Numbered from the stretch's first letter, positions 39,341-48,403 are shown. The stretch is DNA of 64,000 nucleotides from Acidimicrobiales bacterium (GCA_044239895.1 JBIIAM010000001.1:478401-542400), one strand, 5' to 3'. The notes: a model not told the origin generated them from the sequence alone. A program made the numbers and translations.

Positions 39341-40753
39341 GTGTCAGCTGGACAGGAAAACGGGATGGCCTTGCGCCGTCCGACTCGAACTAAGCGCGGA
39401 GCCGTGCTGGCCGTCGCCGTTGTGGCTGCGATCAGTCTTTTTGCCGGCGCCTGTGGCGGCGGCCGTTCAGACTCGACAACCGACACGACCGCAAAGGGTG
39501 GCGCTTCGAGCACCGCCTTCGGTGATCTTGCCTCGCCTTGCGGTAAGGGCACGCCGTCCGGTCCGACCTCGCAGGGTGTCAGTGCTGATTCGGTCACGAT
39601 TGGTTTCGGCGACGACGCCGGTTTCGCCACTTCTCCCGGTCTGAACAAAGAAATGTCCGACGCGATGAAGGCGATGATTGCTTGGTGTAACGAGCAGGGT
39701 GGCATCAACGGTCGCAAGGTCGTTGGCAACTACTACGACGCCGCGATCATGAACGTGAACAACGTGATGATCGAAGCGTGCTCGCAGGTCTTCATGCTTG
39801 TTGGTCAGGGCTGGTCGCTCGACTCCGCTCAGGAGCAGACCCGTCTCGGCTGTGCGCTGCCTTCAGTGCCCACCTACACGGTGAGCCCGGCATTCGCCAA
39901 CGGCAAGCTCATGTATCAGCCGCTCCCGAACCCGGTCGACAAGACCCCGATCGAGGTCGCGTATGGAATGGCCGAGAAGTTCCCGACGCAGGTCAAGAAG
40001 GCTGCCGTCATGACGGCCAACTACGCCGCGACGAAGGACACCACCGACAAGGTGCAGCTGGCTTTCCCCGCCGCCGGTTGGACATTCCTCAATTGTGAAC
40101 AGACCTACGCCATCACCGGCGAAGCCGACTGGAAGCCGTTCCTCCAGCGTCTCAAGGATTGTGGCGCCGAGGTTGTGTTCTTCTCCGGCTCCCCGGCACC
40201 GAACTTCCAGAACGTGCTCGATGCTTCGAAGCAGCTCAACTACAGCCCGATCTGGCTGACCGATGCCAACTTCTATGACACGACGTTCGCCAAGTGGAAC
40301 ACCTCGGGCAACGCCGACAACGTCTATGTAAGCATCGGCTACACCATGTTCGAGCAGGCCAGCACCAACCCGGCCACTCAGAAGTATCTCGACCTGATGG
40401 CGAAGTCCAATGGCAAAGTCGGCCTTCTGGGCGCACAGGCAACCTCGGCATTCCTTCTGTGGGCTTCGGCTGCGCAGGAATGTGGCGCCACGCTCACCCG
40501 CGACTGCGTGATGACCAAGCTCGCCGGCATTCACGAATGGACAGGCGGAGGACTTCATTCTCCGGCTGATCCTGGCGGCAACATTCCCCGTACCTGTGGC
40601 ATCATCGTCAAGTTGAAGGGCACCACGTACGAGCAGTTCTACCCGGCCAAGCTGGGCGAGTTCGATTGTTCGCCGAAGTACGTTGCGACGGTCAAGGGCC
40701 CCTTGGTCACCGCAGCGAACCTTGATGCGAATCGAATCGCACAACCGAAGTAA
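39341..40753 (+). CDS. ABC-transporter substrate-binding lipoprotein (type 1 PBP family), copy 2
   Basis: It is a paralog of 37646-39067 with the same lipobox and linker and the same C-terminus (ANLDANRIAQPK). Confidence 0.8.
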   Translation: MSAGQENGMALRRPTRTKRGAVLAVAVVAAISLFAGACGGGRSDSTTDTTAKGGASSTAFGDLASPCGKGTPSGPTSQGVSADSVTIGFGDDAGFATSPGLNKEMSDAMKAMIAWCNEQGGINGRKVVGNYYDAAIMNVNNVMIEACSQVFMLVGQGWSLDSAQEQTRLGCALPSVPTYTVSPAFANGKLMYQPLPNPVDKTPIEVAYGMAEKFPTQVKKAAVMTANYAATKDTTDKVQLAFPAAGWTFLNCEQTYAITGEADWKPFLQRLKDCGAEVVFFSGSPAPNFQNVLDASKQLNYSPIWLTDANFYDTTFAKWNTSGNADNVYVSIGYTMFEQASTNPATQKYLDLMAKSNGKVGLLGAQATSAFLLWASAAQECGATLTRDCVMTKLAGIHEWTGGGLHSPADPGGNIPRTCGIIVKLKGTTYEQFYPAKLGEFDCSPKYVATVKGPLVTAANLDANRIAQPK

Positions 40754-40788
40754 TCCGCCGGGGCATCCGCCCCGAATGATGTGAGTGA

Positions 40789-40831
40789 GGAGGGCGGTCA
40801 CCGGGCTTCGGTCCGGTGACCGCCCTCCTTT
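40789..40831 (+). terminator. strong intrinsic terminator after SBP copy 2
   Basis: A perfect 16-bp stem (ggagggcggtcaccgg / ccggtgaccgccctcc) with loop gcttcggt is followed by ttt. The homologous site after copy 1 (about 39121-39155) is degenerate. Confidence 0.8.
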
Positions 40832-40941
40832 CACGTTCCGGCTTGGAGCCGGCGCACGTCACTGGCGCTGACCATTGGTTTTTGGAAAAACGTCGTTAGG
40901 GTCGTGGAAGAGTCGATCCGCTAAGCAAACGAGGAACGTCG

Positions 40942-41370
40942 ATGTCGAAGTACCACGTGAGTGTCGAAAGCCCGAAATCGGTTGACGAGGCATTTGCCTA
41001 CATGGCTGATCTGCGCAACTTCGCGAACTGGGATCCGGGAGTTCTGTCAGTTGTCCAAGTAGTCGGTGACGGTGCCGGACCAACTTCAAGTTTCGACGTC
41101 ACCGTGAAGAGCGTCGGCGGAGGAACAGTGCTGCGCTACGAGACGATCGAGTACGACGAACCAGGCAATCTTCTGGTCAAAGCCAAGAACGCTAATTTCA
41201 CGTCGATCGACCGAATCACGATCGTTCCGAAAGGCGACGGATCGCTGGTCACCTACTCGGCAGAACTGCTTCTAAACGGCTGGCTCAGTCCTCTCAATCC
41301 GTTGCTCGGATTGGTCTTCGACCGCATCGGTGACCGCGCTGCGGTCGGCCTGCGCCGTGTGTTGGCCTGA
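40942..41370 (+). CDS. SRPBCC-family (polyketide cyclase/dehydrase-like) protein
   Basis: 142 aa. The pattern S.EEAFAYMADLRNFANWDPGV is typical of the SRPBCC ligand-binding fold. Confidence 0.65.
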   Translation: MSKYHVSVESPKSVDEAFAYMADLRNFANWDPGVLSVVQVVGDGAGPTSSFDVTVKSVGGGTVLRYETIEYDEPGNLLVKAKNANFTSIDRITIVPKGDGSLVTYSAELLLNGWLSPLNPLLGLVFDRIGDRAAVGLRRVLA

Positions 41371-41433
41371 TCGCCATCGCCAACCGGATTTGACTCGCAT
41401 TTTGCGACGGTAGGGTCTTCCCAACCGGGGGAG

Positions 41434-43041
41434 TTGGAGATGTTGGGGATGACTATGAAGTCGGCGCGATGGACGCCCGAGCGGATTCATCGGCATCGAT
41501 GGTGGACCCTCGCTGCGATTTGCCTTGCCGTCACGATCACGTCGATCGACAACACCATCATGAACGTCGGTCTACCGTCGATCGTGCGGGGGTTGGGTGC
41601 ATCGCAGGCACAGTTGCAATGGCTTCTTGATTCCTACACGATCGTGTTCGCCTGCCTGTTGCTGACGATGGGTGCGATCGGCGACAAATGGGGTCGTCAT
41701 CACATGCTGCGGATCGGTCTCGTTCTGTTCGGGATCTTTTCGGCGTTTGCGTGTTTCGCCAATACTACAAACGCGCTGATCGTCTGCCGTGGGCTCATGG
41801 GCCTCGGTGCGGCGTTCATCTTTCCCGCAACACTTGCGATTCTCGCCGTTACCTTCGAGGCCGACGAACGACCGAAGGCGATCGGCATCTGGGCGGGGGT
41901 GGCCGGCGTTGGTGTGGCTGCCGGCCCGTTGCTCGGCGGTTTCCTGCTGACGCACTTCTGGTGGGGCTCGATCTTCCTCATCAACGTTCCGCTCTGCGTT
42001 ATTGCTGTCGTGATGGCGTGGTTCCTTGTTCCTCCGTCGAAGAGCAGTGACGTTGGGCGCAAACTCGATCCGATTGGTGCGTTGTTATCGATCGTTGCTC
42101 TTCTCGCGCTGCTCTACGGAATCATCGAACTGCCAGCGATGGGAATAACTAATCCTGCAGTCGTCGCTGCATTCGTTCTCGGAGTGTTGTTCGTCGGTAT
42201 GTTCGCGATCTGGGAGACACGAAGCGATCATCCGATGCTTGATCTCGAATTCTTCCGCAATCCCCGATTCAGTGCGGCGAGTCTGACCATCACGCTCAAC
42301 TACTTCGTGATGTTCGGATCGACGTTTCTCATCGTGCAGTACTTCCAATTCATCCTCGGCTACTCACCATTTAAGGCCGGCCTGTTGACTGCGCCGGTCG
42401 CGGTCGGGCTCATGGTCACCAGCCCGCTCGTGCATAAGTTGGTCAAGCGATGGGGAACCACGCTCGTGGTGGTTATTGGTCTACTTACATCCGCCGGAGT
42501 TCTCGTCTGTTACGGGATTGAGTCGATCATCTCGTCGGATATCGGCGGCGTGATCGTGCGCACCATCTTTGGCGTGGGGCTCGCCCTGACGGCGACACCT
42601 GCGACGGAATCAATCATGGGTTCGCTTCCTCGCAATCGGGCCGGAGTCGGTTCGGCAGTCAACGACACGACGCGCCAGATCGGTGGAGCACTTGGTGTTG
42701 CCGTTGTCGGCAGCATCTTTGCGTGGCGGTATCACGCCTCACTTGGTGATCTCACCGGTGTGCCGCCCGCGGCGGCCGAAGCGGCTCGCAATTCTGTCGG
42801 ACGGGCGATTTCCGCGGCGGCGTCGCTACCTCCCGAGATCGCAGACCAGTTGCTCGACAACGCGCGCCAGGCTTACGTCAGCGCGATGCGCGTCGGGATG
42901 TGGCTTTGCGCCGGGCTATTGGTCGTTACCGCCGGACTCGCCGCGAAGTTCTTGCCGTCAACGGCCGCACTCGACGACAGCGATCCGCAGGTTCGCGCCG
43001 ACGAGATCGAATTTGCCTCGATTGACGACGGGATCCTCTGA
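41434..43041 (+). CDS. DHA2-family MFS efflux transporter (14 TM)
   Basis: HRWWTLAAICLAVTITSIDNTIMNVGLPSI and GAIGDKWGRH are present. It is a paralog of 35933-37489. The exact start among several early Met codons is uncertain. Confidence 0.85.
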   Translation: MEMLGMTMKSARWTPERIHRHRWWTLAAICLAVTITSIDNTIMNVGLPSIVRGLGASQAQLQWLLDSYTIVFACLLLTMGAIGDKWGRHHMLRIGLVLFGIFSAFACFANTTNALIVCRGLMGLGAAFIFPATLAILAVTFEADERPKAIGIWAGVAGVGVAAGPLLGGFLLTHFWWGSIFLINVPLCVIAVVMAWFLVPPSKSSDVGRKLDPIGALLSIVALLALLYGIIELPAMGITNPAVVAAFVLGVLFVGMFAIWETRSDHPMLDLEFFRNPRFSAASLTITLNYFVMFGSTFLIVQYFQFILGYSPFKAGLLTAPVAVGLMVTSPLVHKLVKRWGTTLVVVIGLLTSAGVLVCYGIESIISSDIGGVIVRTIFGVGLALTATPATESIMGSLPRNRAGVGSAVNDTTRQIGGALGVAVVGSIFAWRYHASLGDLTGVPPAAAEAARNSVGRAISAAASLPPEIADQLLDNARQAYVSAMRVGMWLCAGLLVVTAGLAAKFLPSTAALDDSDPQVRADEIEFASIDDGIL

Positions 43042-43083
43042 AGCAGAGATCTTGTCGGAGCCGCTGGGGTCTGGTTCCGCAGT

Positions 43084-44364
43084 TCAGTCTGCGGCGGGAC
43101 CGGTTCGTCTGGTTGGGACGATCCGGCTGGGGTCGGCGATGGCGGTGTCGGCTGCGGGTGATGCGAAGCGACGCTCGAGTCCGGTGATCGCGTCGAGCAG
43201 TCCGGCGACTTCGAAGACACGGTTTCGCCGCCCGAGCGTGCCTTGGATGAGCACTCCGTGTTTCAACAGCGTATTGACGGCATCGTTGGTCCGTGCTCGG
43301 GAGCGTCCGATGGCGGTCGCCGCGGTGTCGACGGTGAGAACTGGCAAGCCCGGGAGGGCGGATAGAAGGGCATCGACTGCAGAGTTGGCCCGCACGCGAC
43401 CAACCTGTGCGCGCCACTGTTGTTCAAGTTCGGCGAGGGTCGCGGCGAAGTTCGTTGCATCGTCGCACGCGCGCATGAGTTCATTGGTGAACCGCGAGAT
43501 CCACTGGACAGTCGCGGCCGACACAACCGGGTCGTTGGCGGGGGCGTCGTAGCGGAACCCGACCAGCCCCGCGATGTAGTCGCTGGCGTTGGTGGCGAGG
43601 ATGAGGCTGACGGGGGGCACAAAGTTGGGGGCCAGGCCGCGGCGGCGCAGCACCAGATGGATCAGGGCCCGTCCGACCCTTCCGTTGCCGTCAACGAACG
43701 GGTGAATTGTTTCGAACTGAGCATGGACAATCGCAGCTTGCACGAGCGCGGAGTGATCGTCGCCAGACAGGTAGGTGCACAGATCCTCGAGCAGCGCAGG
43801 AACGTATCCATGCGGGGGCGGGACGTAAGCGGCTCGGCACGGGTTGATCCCCCCAACCCAGTTCTGTTCTTGGCGCACGACCCCGCCCCAATGTGCGTCG
43901 TTGGTGCCGGCGAGCAGACGGGTATGAAGCTGGCAGATGTCCGAGACGGTGATCGGCCGGTCAGCATCCGCGAGCTCAAGCGCGTCGCTCATGGCGCCGA
44001 TGTTGGCGAGTACGGCCCGAGCAGTCTCGTCAGTGGTCTCGAGGCCTGTCTGCATGGCGAAGGCTTCCTTGGCCAGGCGCCGAGCATTGATCTGGAGGCC
44101 TTCGATGTAGGACGAGCCGACGGCTTCGGCTCGAAGCAGCAGCCTGGCAACCGACTCAATGCTGGCGAGACCCGTGCCGCGGTCTTGCAGAGCAGCGACG
44201 GCGCGTTCGGCGTCCGCTAGGTCCGCGACTAGCTCGGCCGGGAGCGCCAGTTCGCGGCCGACCAGTGGATCCGCGACGTACGCCCGGTAAGTACAGGCGC
44301 TGCGTTCACGGCGGGTGCGCGCCGTGAGGCTCCCTTCCCAAATGAGCTCTTCGTAGTGGGCCAT
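43084..44364 (-). CDS. Fic-family protein (AMPylase-type, with N-terminal inhibitory motif and C-terminal winged-helix-like region)
   Basis: Contains the canonical Fic motif HPFVDGNGRVGRAL. An upstream SSYIEG matches the (S/T)xxxE(G/N) auto-inhibition helix. Confidence 0.85.
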   Translation of the reverse strand: MAHYEELIWEGSLTARTRRERSACTYRAYVADPLVGRELALPAELVADLADAERAVAALQDRGTGLASIESVARLLLRAEAVGSSYIEGLQINARRLAKEAFAMQTGLETTDETARAVLANIGAMSDALELADADRPITVSDICQLHTRLLAGTNDAHWGGVVRQEQNWVGGINPCRAAYVPPPHGYVPALLEDLCTYLSGDDHSALVQAAIVHAQFETIHPFVDGNGRVGRALIHLVLRRRGLAPNFVPPVSLILATNASDYIAGLVGFRYDAPANDPVVSAATVQWISRFTNELMRACDDATNFAATLAELEQQWRAQVGRVRANSAVDALLSALPGLPVLTVDTAATAIGRSRARTNDAVNTLLKHGVLIQGTLGRRNRVFEVAGLLDAITGLERRFASPAADTAIADPSRIVPTRRTGPAAD

Positions 44365-44511
44365 GAAGCGTTCCTCCTAAACGCATCATAGTGCCGGTTA
44401 GCGGCTAACTGAAACTATGGGGCGGTTTTAGTGCCGGTTGCAGTAGAGGCGTGGTGAACGGAGAAAGGGGCTGAACGGGGATTTCCCCAGTCGAGCGACC
44501 GCATTCCGTTG

Positions 44512-44583
44512 TGCCCCCGAGTGGACTCGAACCACCGCACATGGTTTAGGAAACCAATGCTCTATCCCCTGAGCTACGAGGGC
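44512..44583 (-). tRNA. tRNA-Arg (anticodon CCU)
   Basis: Hand-folded on the reverse strand. The acceptor is GCCCTCG/CGGGGGC, the D arm is GCTC-AGGGGATA-GAGC, the anticodon loop is TTCCTAA, and the T arm is GGTGG-TTCGAGT-CCACT. CCA is not encoded. Confidence 0.9.
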
Positions 44584-44679
44584 GGGGATGGACCGGAACG
44601 CGGCACGAAACTGTCGTGTGGCGGCCCGGGGCCATGGGTTGAGGGTAGTTCGGGGCCTATTGGGCGGTCGAAACTTCGG
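44577..44679 (+). repeat. island repeat, copy A (right half only, fused to the genuine tRNA-Arg 5' end)
   Basis: cgagggcggggatggaccggaacgcggcacgaaactgtcgtgtggcggcccggggccatggg...gggtagttcgggg...gggcggtcgaaac. The first ~63 nt are identical to copy E. Confidence 0.85.
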
Positions 44680-44750
44680 TTTAATCAAACCAAAGTTTCG
44701 AGCGCGTTCTTGGCGCGCTGAAGCCACCCGGTCCGAAAGTTCGGGTGGCT
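44669..44750 (-). terminator. three consecutive hairpins between the 531-aa gene stop and the tRNA
   Basis: First, cgaaacttcggttt-aatc-aaaccaaagtttcg (13 of 14 bp) at 44669-44700. Second, agcgcg-ttcttgg-cgcgct at 44701-44719. Third, agccacccg-N11-cgggtggct at 44722-44750. Confidence 0.4.
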
Positions 44751-44756
44751 ACGTAC

Positions 44757-46352
44757 CTATGCGGCGGCGGCGACCGCGTGATTTGGTGGCCTCCATTGAC
44801 CGAACCAGCGTGAAAGGTCCGCACCGGTTCGGTGGTGCCATGCGAGCAGTGTGGTGATCGCGAGGTGGGCTTGGTACCCGTGGAGGTCAAACAGTTGTCG
44901 ATGACGGCCAACGCTGCGGGCGCGTTCGTTTGGCAATGTCATCTTGAGGTGATGGTGCATCGATTCGGAGTCTTCGCGAAGTCCAAACAGCCGACCGAAT
45001 GAGTTATCGGTTTCAGGGATGACTCGCAGGGCGCGGGTGCGCGGTGTCTTGTCGGTGATCTCGTGGTTATAGGAGTTGTGTCGGATTGGTGTGGTGGCGT
45101 TGCGGAGTTTGCGGGGGATGCCGGGTAGGTCGGGGATCTGCCATGTTCCGTAGAAGCGGTAGGTGTCGGTGCGGTCACTCACTCGTTGTGTCCGCACCCG
45201 CACAAGTCCAACTGATTTGCGTTCGTCGCCGATGACCAGTTCGATGCGTGGGGTCCCGTCCACTGCCTGGACGACGAGGAATTTCTTGGTGCCGTCGGTG
45301 AGAGAGAATTCGCGCTCGTTGAGGTTGAAAACCGGAACTTTGCCAGATGAGGTGCGCTGCACTTTCGATACTGGCAAGAGGCCAGCCGAAAGCAGGCGGT
45401 CGTAGTCGGTGGCATGCAGTGCCATGTCGTAGACAAAGCCCTGCAGCCCGGGAAGTTGCGGAAAGATCCGCAGTGCCATGTCGACGGCAAGTGTGGCGTC
45501 ACTCATGTTCGAATGAGGCTTGAAGTCGAGCGCCATGATCAGTCGCTCGTTCGGATACGGATTGCGGGCGATGACGCTGACGAGCATGTTGCCGTTCGCT
45601 TGAGAGTTGTCTCGATAGGCGGTGGCATCGGGATCGAAACGTGTGGTGATGATTTCGCCAGTAGACGGGTCGACATAGGTGGGCGATGAACTGTTGTAGA
45701 GCGATGGAATCCAGGTTCCATCACCGCGCAGCATGTTCTGTGCGGCTGGTTCAGTCCACGAACCATTTTTCGGGTTGCACATGCCAGTGGCAATGGCGAT
45801 ATCGGCACAGAGAGTCTCGAATGCTGTTGCGAGACCTTCGACGGCGTCGTCGAACTCAACATGAGCTTTTCGGTAGCTGGCGTATTGATTTCGGGTGATG
45901 CCCGAAACCGAAAGGCGCCGGGTTGGGTCGTCGGGATAGGCGAGTACCGCTGCTTCGCAGATCAGGTTCCATTGCACCCGGTCACGAAAGAAGCGGTGGG
46001 TGGCGCGTGCTGAGCCGAGGATGGTGTTGGTGATGTTGAACAACAGCACATCGGCTGCAGCGCATTCGCGTGGTCGTCCGCTGCGAGCCTTAGGTGTCTC
46101 CTGTGACTCCATCTTCTCGGCCAGTTCCCAGAGGCCAGACCATGCGGCGATTGCTTGAATCTGTTGGGGGACCGACAGCTCAAGTGAGGCAGGTGTCGGT
46201 GGGCGTTTTCGGCCGGGCCGGATTCCAGCGCTGCCGGTCGGACCATCGAGGCGTTCCTCGACGGTGAAGTCACCCGGTTTGGCATTCAGCGACCGGATCG
46301 GGATCGGTTCGATACCGAAGGCTTTGACGCGGTTGCGGCGTTGCTTGGCCAT
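44757..46352 (-). CDS. 531-aa protein with Tn5/IS4-like DDE transposase signature (tentative)
   Basis: Has a basic N-terminus. Candidate catalytic residues are D211 (LRGDGTW), D309 (FVYDMALH) and E464, which lies within F-x2-R-x3-E-x6-K (FGLREDSESMHHHLK). That matches the IS4 Y-(2)-R-(3)-E-(6)-K spacing with Y replaced by F. D-D and D-E distances (98 and 155 aa) are close to Tn5. I found no flanking inverted repeats. Confidence 0.45.
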   Translation of the reverse strand: MAKQRRNRVKAFGIEPIPIRSLNAKPGDFTVEERLDGPTGSAGIRPGRKRPPTPASLELSVPQQIQAIAAWSGLWELAEKMESQETPKARSGRPRECAAADVLLFNITNTILGSARATHRFFRDRVQWNLICEAAVLAYPDDPTRRLSVSGITRNQYASYRKAHVEFDDAVEGLATAFETLCADIAIATGMCNPKNGSWTEPAAQNMLRGDGTWIPSLYNSSSPTYVDPSTGEIITTRFDPDATAYRDNSQANGNMLVSVIARNPYPNERLIMALDFKPHSNMSDATLAVDMALRIFPQLPGLQGFVYDMALHATDYDRLLSAGLLPVSKVQRTSSGKVPVFNLNEREFSLTDGTKKFLVVQAVDGTPRIELVIGDERKSVGLVRVRTQRVSDRTDTYRFYGTWQIPDLPGIPRKLRNATTPIRHNSYNHEITDKTPRTRALRVIPETDNSFGRLFGLREDSESMHHHLKMTLPNERARSVGRHRQLFDLHGYQAHLAITTLLAWHHRTGADLSRWFGQWRPPNHAVAAAA

Positions 46353-47396
46353 CTACGCCACCCGCCACTCATGAACTAACGCTCTGGCGGTCGCATCAAG
46401 CGAATCCGAACCGAGGAACAGCGCGGCAGCTTCGATTCCGGATTCTTCGAGAACACGGCGGGCAAAGGTGTGACGGATTGAGCGTGCACTTACCTGTCGG
46501 TCGCGTGCGAACCCGGCATCGCGAAGGATCCGGTGCATCCCGGCGGTGACGGTGTGCGCGGCACGTTCATGTCCGAGGTCGTTGCCGCAACAGACACGCT
46601 TGTCATCAACCAAAGACTGTTGAGCAACAACAAGGCGGAGTGTGTCGACACCCCAACCACTGAGCGGTCCGTTCCGTGCGTTGCGACCCGAGAACCGGAC
46701 AACACCTCGATCGAGATCGACATCGTTGCCGCGAACCTCGGCGATCTCGGCGGCAGTTGCACCGGCTTCGCTGAGAGCAACGAACCACGGGGCGAACGTG
46801 AAGAGGAATCCGCCCGTGCATTCGTTACGGATCCGCTGCATCTCACGGTCGGTGAGTAGGCGCGCTGGTTCCGCGTGGCCTCGTTGAATGGACGGGCCAA
46901 GAAGATCGCATGCCGGTGTGATGCCGAGGTGTTCGAGTTCACGCAGCAGTGACTGGATGATCGAGCGTCGATTCGATGCGGTGGTCGCGCTCACATCGCT
47001 CAGCCGTCCGCGGAATGTGGATGCACCCCAGAAGAACGCGTCGGCATGATCGGGTTCGATCTCGTCGAAGAACTCAACGCCCGATGCTTGAAGTTGCTTG
47101 AAGAACCGTGATGCTTCCTTCACGTACTTCGCTTCAGTTCCGGGTGCGCCTGAATACTGCAATTGCAGAGCATTCAGCCCAAGCGTTCGTACTGTTGCCA
47201 GTGGGATCCGGTCGGCATCCATCGCACTCAGCGCAGCTACCAACAACAGCATTCGCTGGTGTTGCAACAACTCTTGATAGTTGAGGGCGCGGTTGGTCGG
47301 GAGGCTGCCAATGGTTCCGAACAATTCGAACTGCGCGAAGTCAAACAACGGCCGTGGAATCGCAAGGTCCGCACGAAGGGGGGTACGTGTACGCAT
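46353..47396 (-). CDS. tyrosine-recombinase-fold protein with degenerate active site
   Basis: Box II is recognisable (SIRHTFARRVLEESG...LFLGSDSLDATARAL). However, there is no Tyr anywhere after RHTFA, the box I Arg position reads AGATAAE, and the beta-hairpin Lys position reads GRNARNGPL. Its stop abuts the start of the 531-aa gene with 0 nt spacing. Confidence 0.6.
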   Translation of the reverse strand: MRTRTPLRADLAIPRPLFDFAQFELFGTIGSLPTNRALNYQELLQHQRMLLLVAALSAMDADRIPLATVRTLGLNALQLQYSGAPGTEAKYVKEASRFFKQLQASGVEFFDEIEPDHADAFFWGASTFRGRLSDVSATTASNRRSIIQSLLRELEHLGITPACDLLGPSIQRGHAEPARLLTDREMQRIRNECTGGFLFTFAPWFVALSEAGATAAEIAEVRGNDVDLDRGVVRFSGRNARNGPLSGWGVDTLRLVVAQQSLVDDKRVCCGNDLGHERAAHTVTAGMHRILRDAGFARDRQVSARSIRHTFARRVLEESGIEAAALFLGSDSLDATARALVHEWRVA

Positions 47397-47491
47397 CTTG
47401 TGTACACAGATTTTCTCACGTGACCTATCGATCTCAGTGCAACTAATGCTGATTCTTTGAAACGAGTATCCGTATTCAGTGTCACCTGTAC

Positions 47492-48403
47492 CTACCAGGC
47501 GTACTCACTGCGATCAGCTGCAGGGCAATGATCAAACAGCGGACAGATCTGACAATGTTCGCCACCGTTTAAACGTGGTTCGAACCATGACTGCATCTCG
47601 CCGATACGACGTGTCGCTTCACAAACACGCTCACACCACATGGAAACAAATTCGTTGTCAACGGTTCGTGTAATGCCGGTGCCGCCGACAAGATCCCACG
47701 ACACAATCCGTGCTGGCGGGCATCCGGTGCGCAGACCATGCAGCAACACGGCCGGGCCGAGCCCTTCGAGACGGGCTGAGGTTGGGGGAGTCATCGTGAA
47801 CGACACCAACGTCGCCCCCGCCTCAAACCCACCATCACCCATGCTCGCGGCGCCGACGGTTGCGTCGACCAGTTCACTGGTGAGTGTCATTCGACCGAGT
47901 CGGGTGCGGGCCGATACTGCGCCTGGCACCAGTGATGTGAGCGCAGTGCGGTTGGGCCAGTCGGCATCAAGCCGCACCAACCCCATTGCAACCTCGGCAC
48001 GAAGCTCAGCCAACTGACCGGCAGGCATCATCCGAATCCAATGGCCGAGCAGATCGTCGGTGGCGGCAAACCGATGCAACACCTGACCGGTGAACGTCAA
48101 AGGCTGCACCGAACCATACGTGCCGAGATTCTCGGCCAGCCACCGTCGGGCCACCCGGCGGGTTGCTTTCAGGCGAAACCCGGCCATGGACAGTTCGGAC
48201 TCATCGACTTCGCGTTGACCTGCCCACCAGCCCGGGCAGGTCAACACCTCCTCAATCGACGCTGAATTCAACAAGGTCGGCTGACCCAACCCCGCCGAAG
48301 CAGTCGTGAACAACCGCTTGGTCGTGGCCGCCCAATCAGAAGGCCACGCAACTGACGGGTGATCGGCGGCAATCAACTCGCCGAGTGTCAGTGACTCGCT
48401 CAT
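47492..48403 (-). CDS. PD-(D/E)XK nuclease-family protein with Cas4/AddB-type Fe-S cysteine cluster
   Basis: The C-terminus has C-x2-C-x5-C (HCQICPLFDHC), and there is an upstream Cys (LTCPGWW), as in RecB/Cas4-like exonucleases. I chose the ATG at 48403, which overlaps the upstream stop (ATGA). Confidence 0.6.
   Translation of the reverse strand: MSESLTLGELIAADHPSVAWPSDWAATTKRLFTTASAGLGQPTLLNSASIEEVLTCPGWWAGQREVDESELSMAGFRLKATRRVARRWLAENLGTYGSVQPLTFTGQVLHRFAATDDLLGHWIRMMPAGQLAELRAEVAMGLVRLDADWPNRTALTSLVPGAVSARTRLGRMTLTSELVDATVGAASMGDGGFEAGATLVSFTMTPPTSARLEGLGPAVLLHGLRTGCPPARIVSWDLVGGTGITRTVDNEFVSMWCERVCEATRRIGEMQSWFEPRLNGGEHCQICPLFDHCPAADRSEYAW

Larger units (their letters stand above)
37625..40831 (+). 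repeat. tandem duplication of about 1.7 kb (leader + SBP gene + terminator region)
   Basis: The leader aaccaataaaaggggaaccagtgtcagctgg occurs at about 37628 and about 39318. The two coding regions are collinear and identical at most positions. The 3' flank gaagtaatccgc(t/c)ggggcatccgccccg... is also repeated. Confidence 0.85.
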
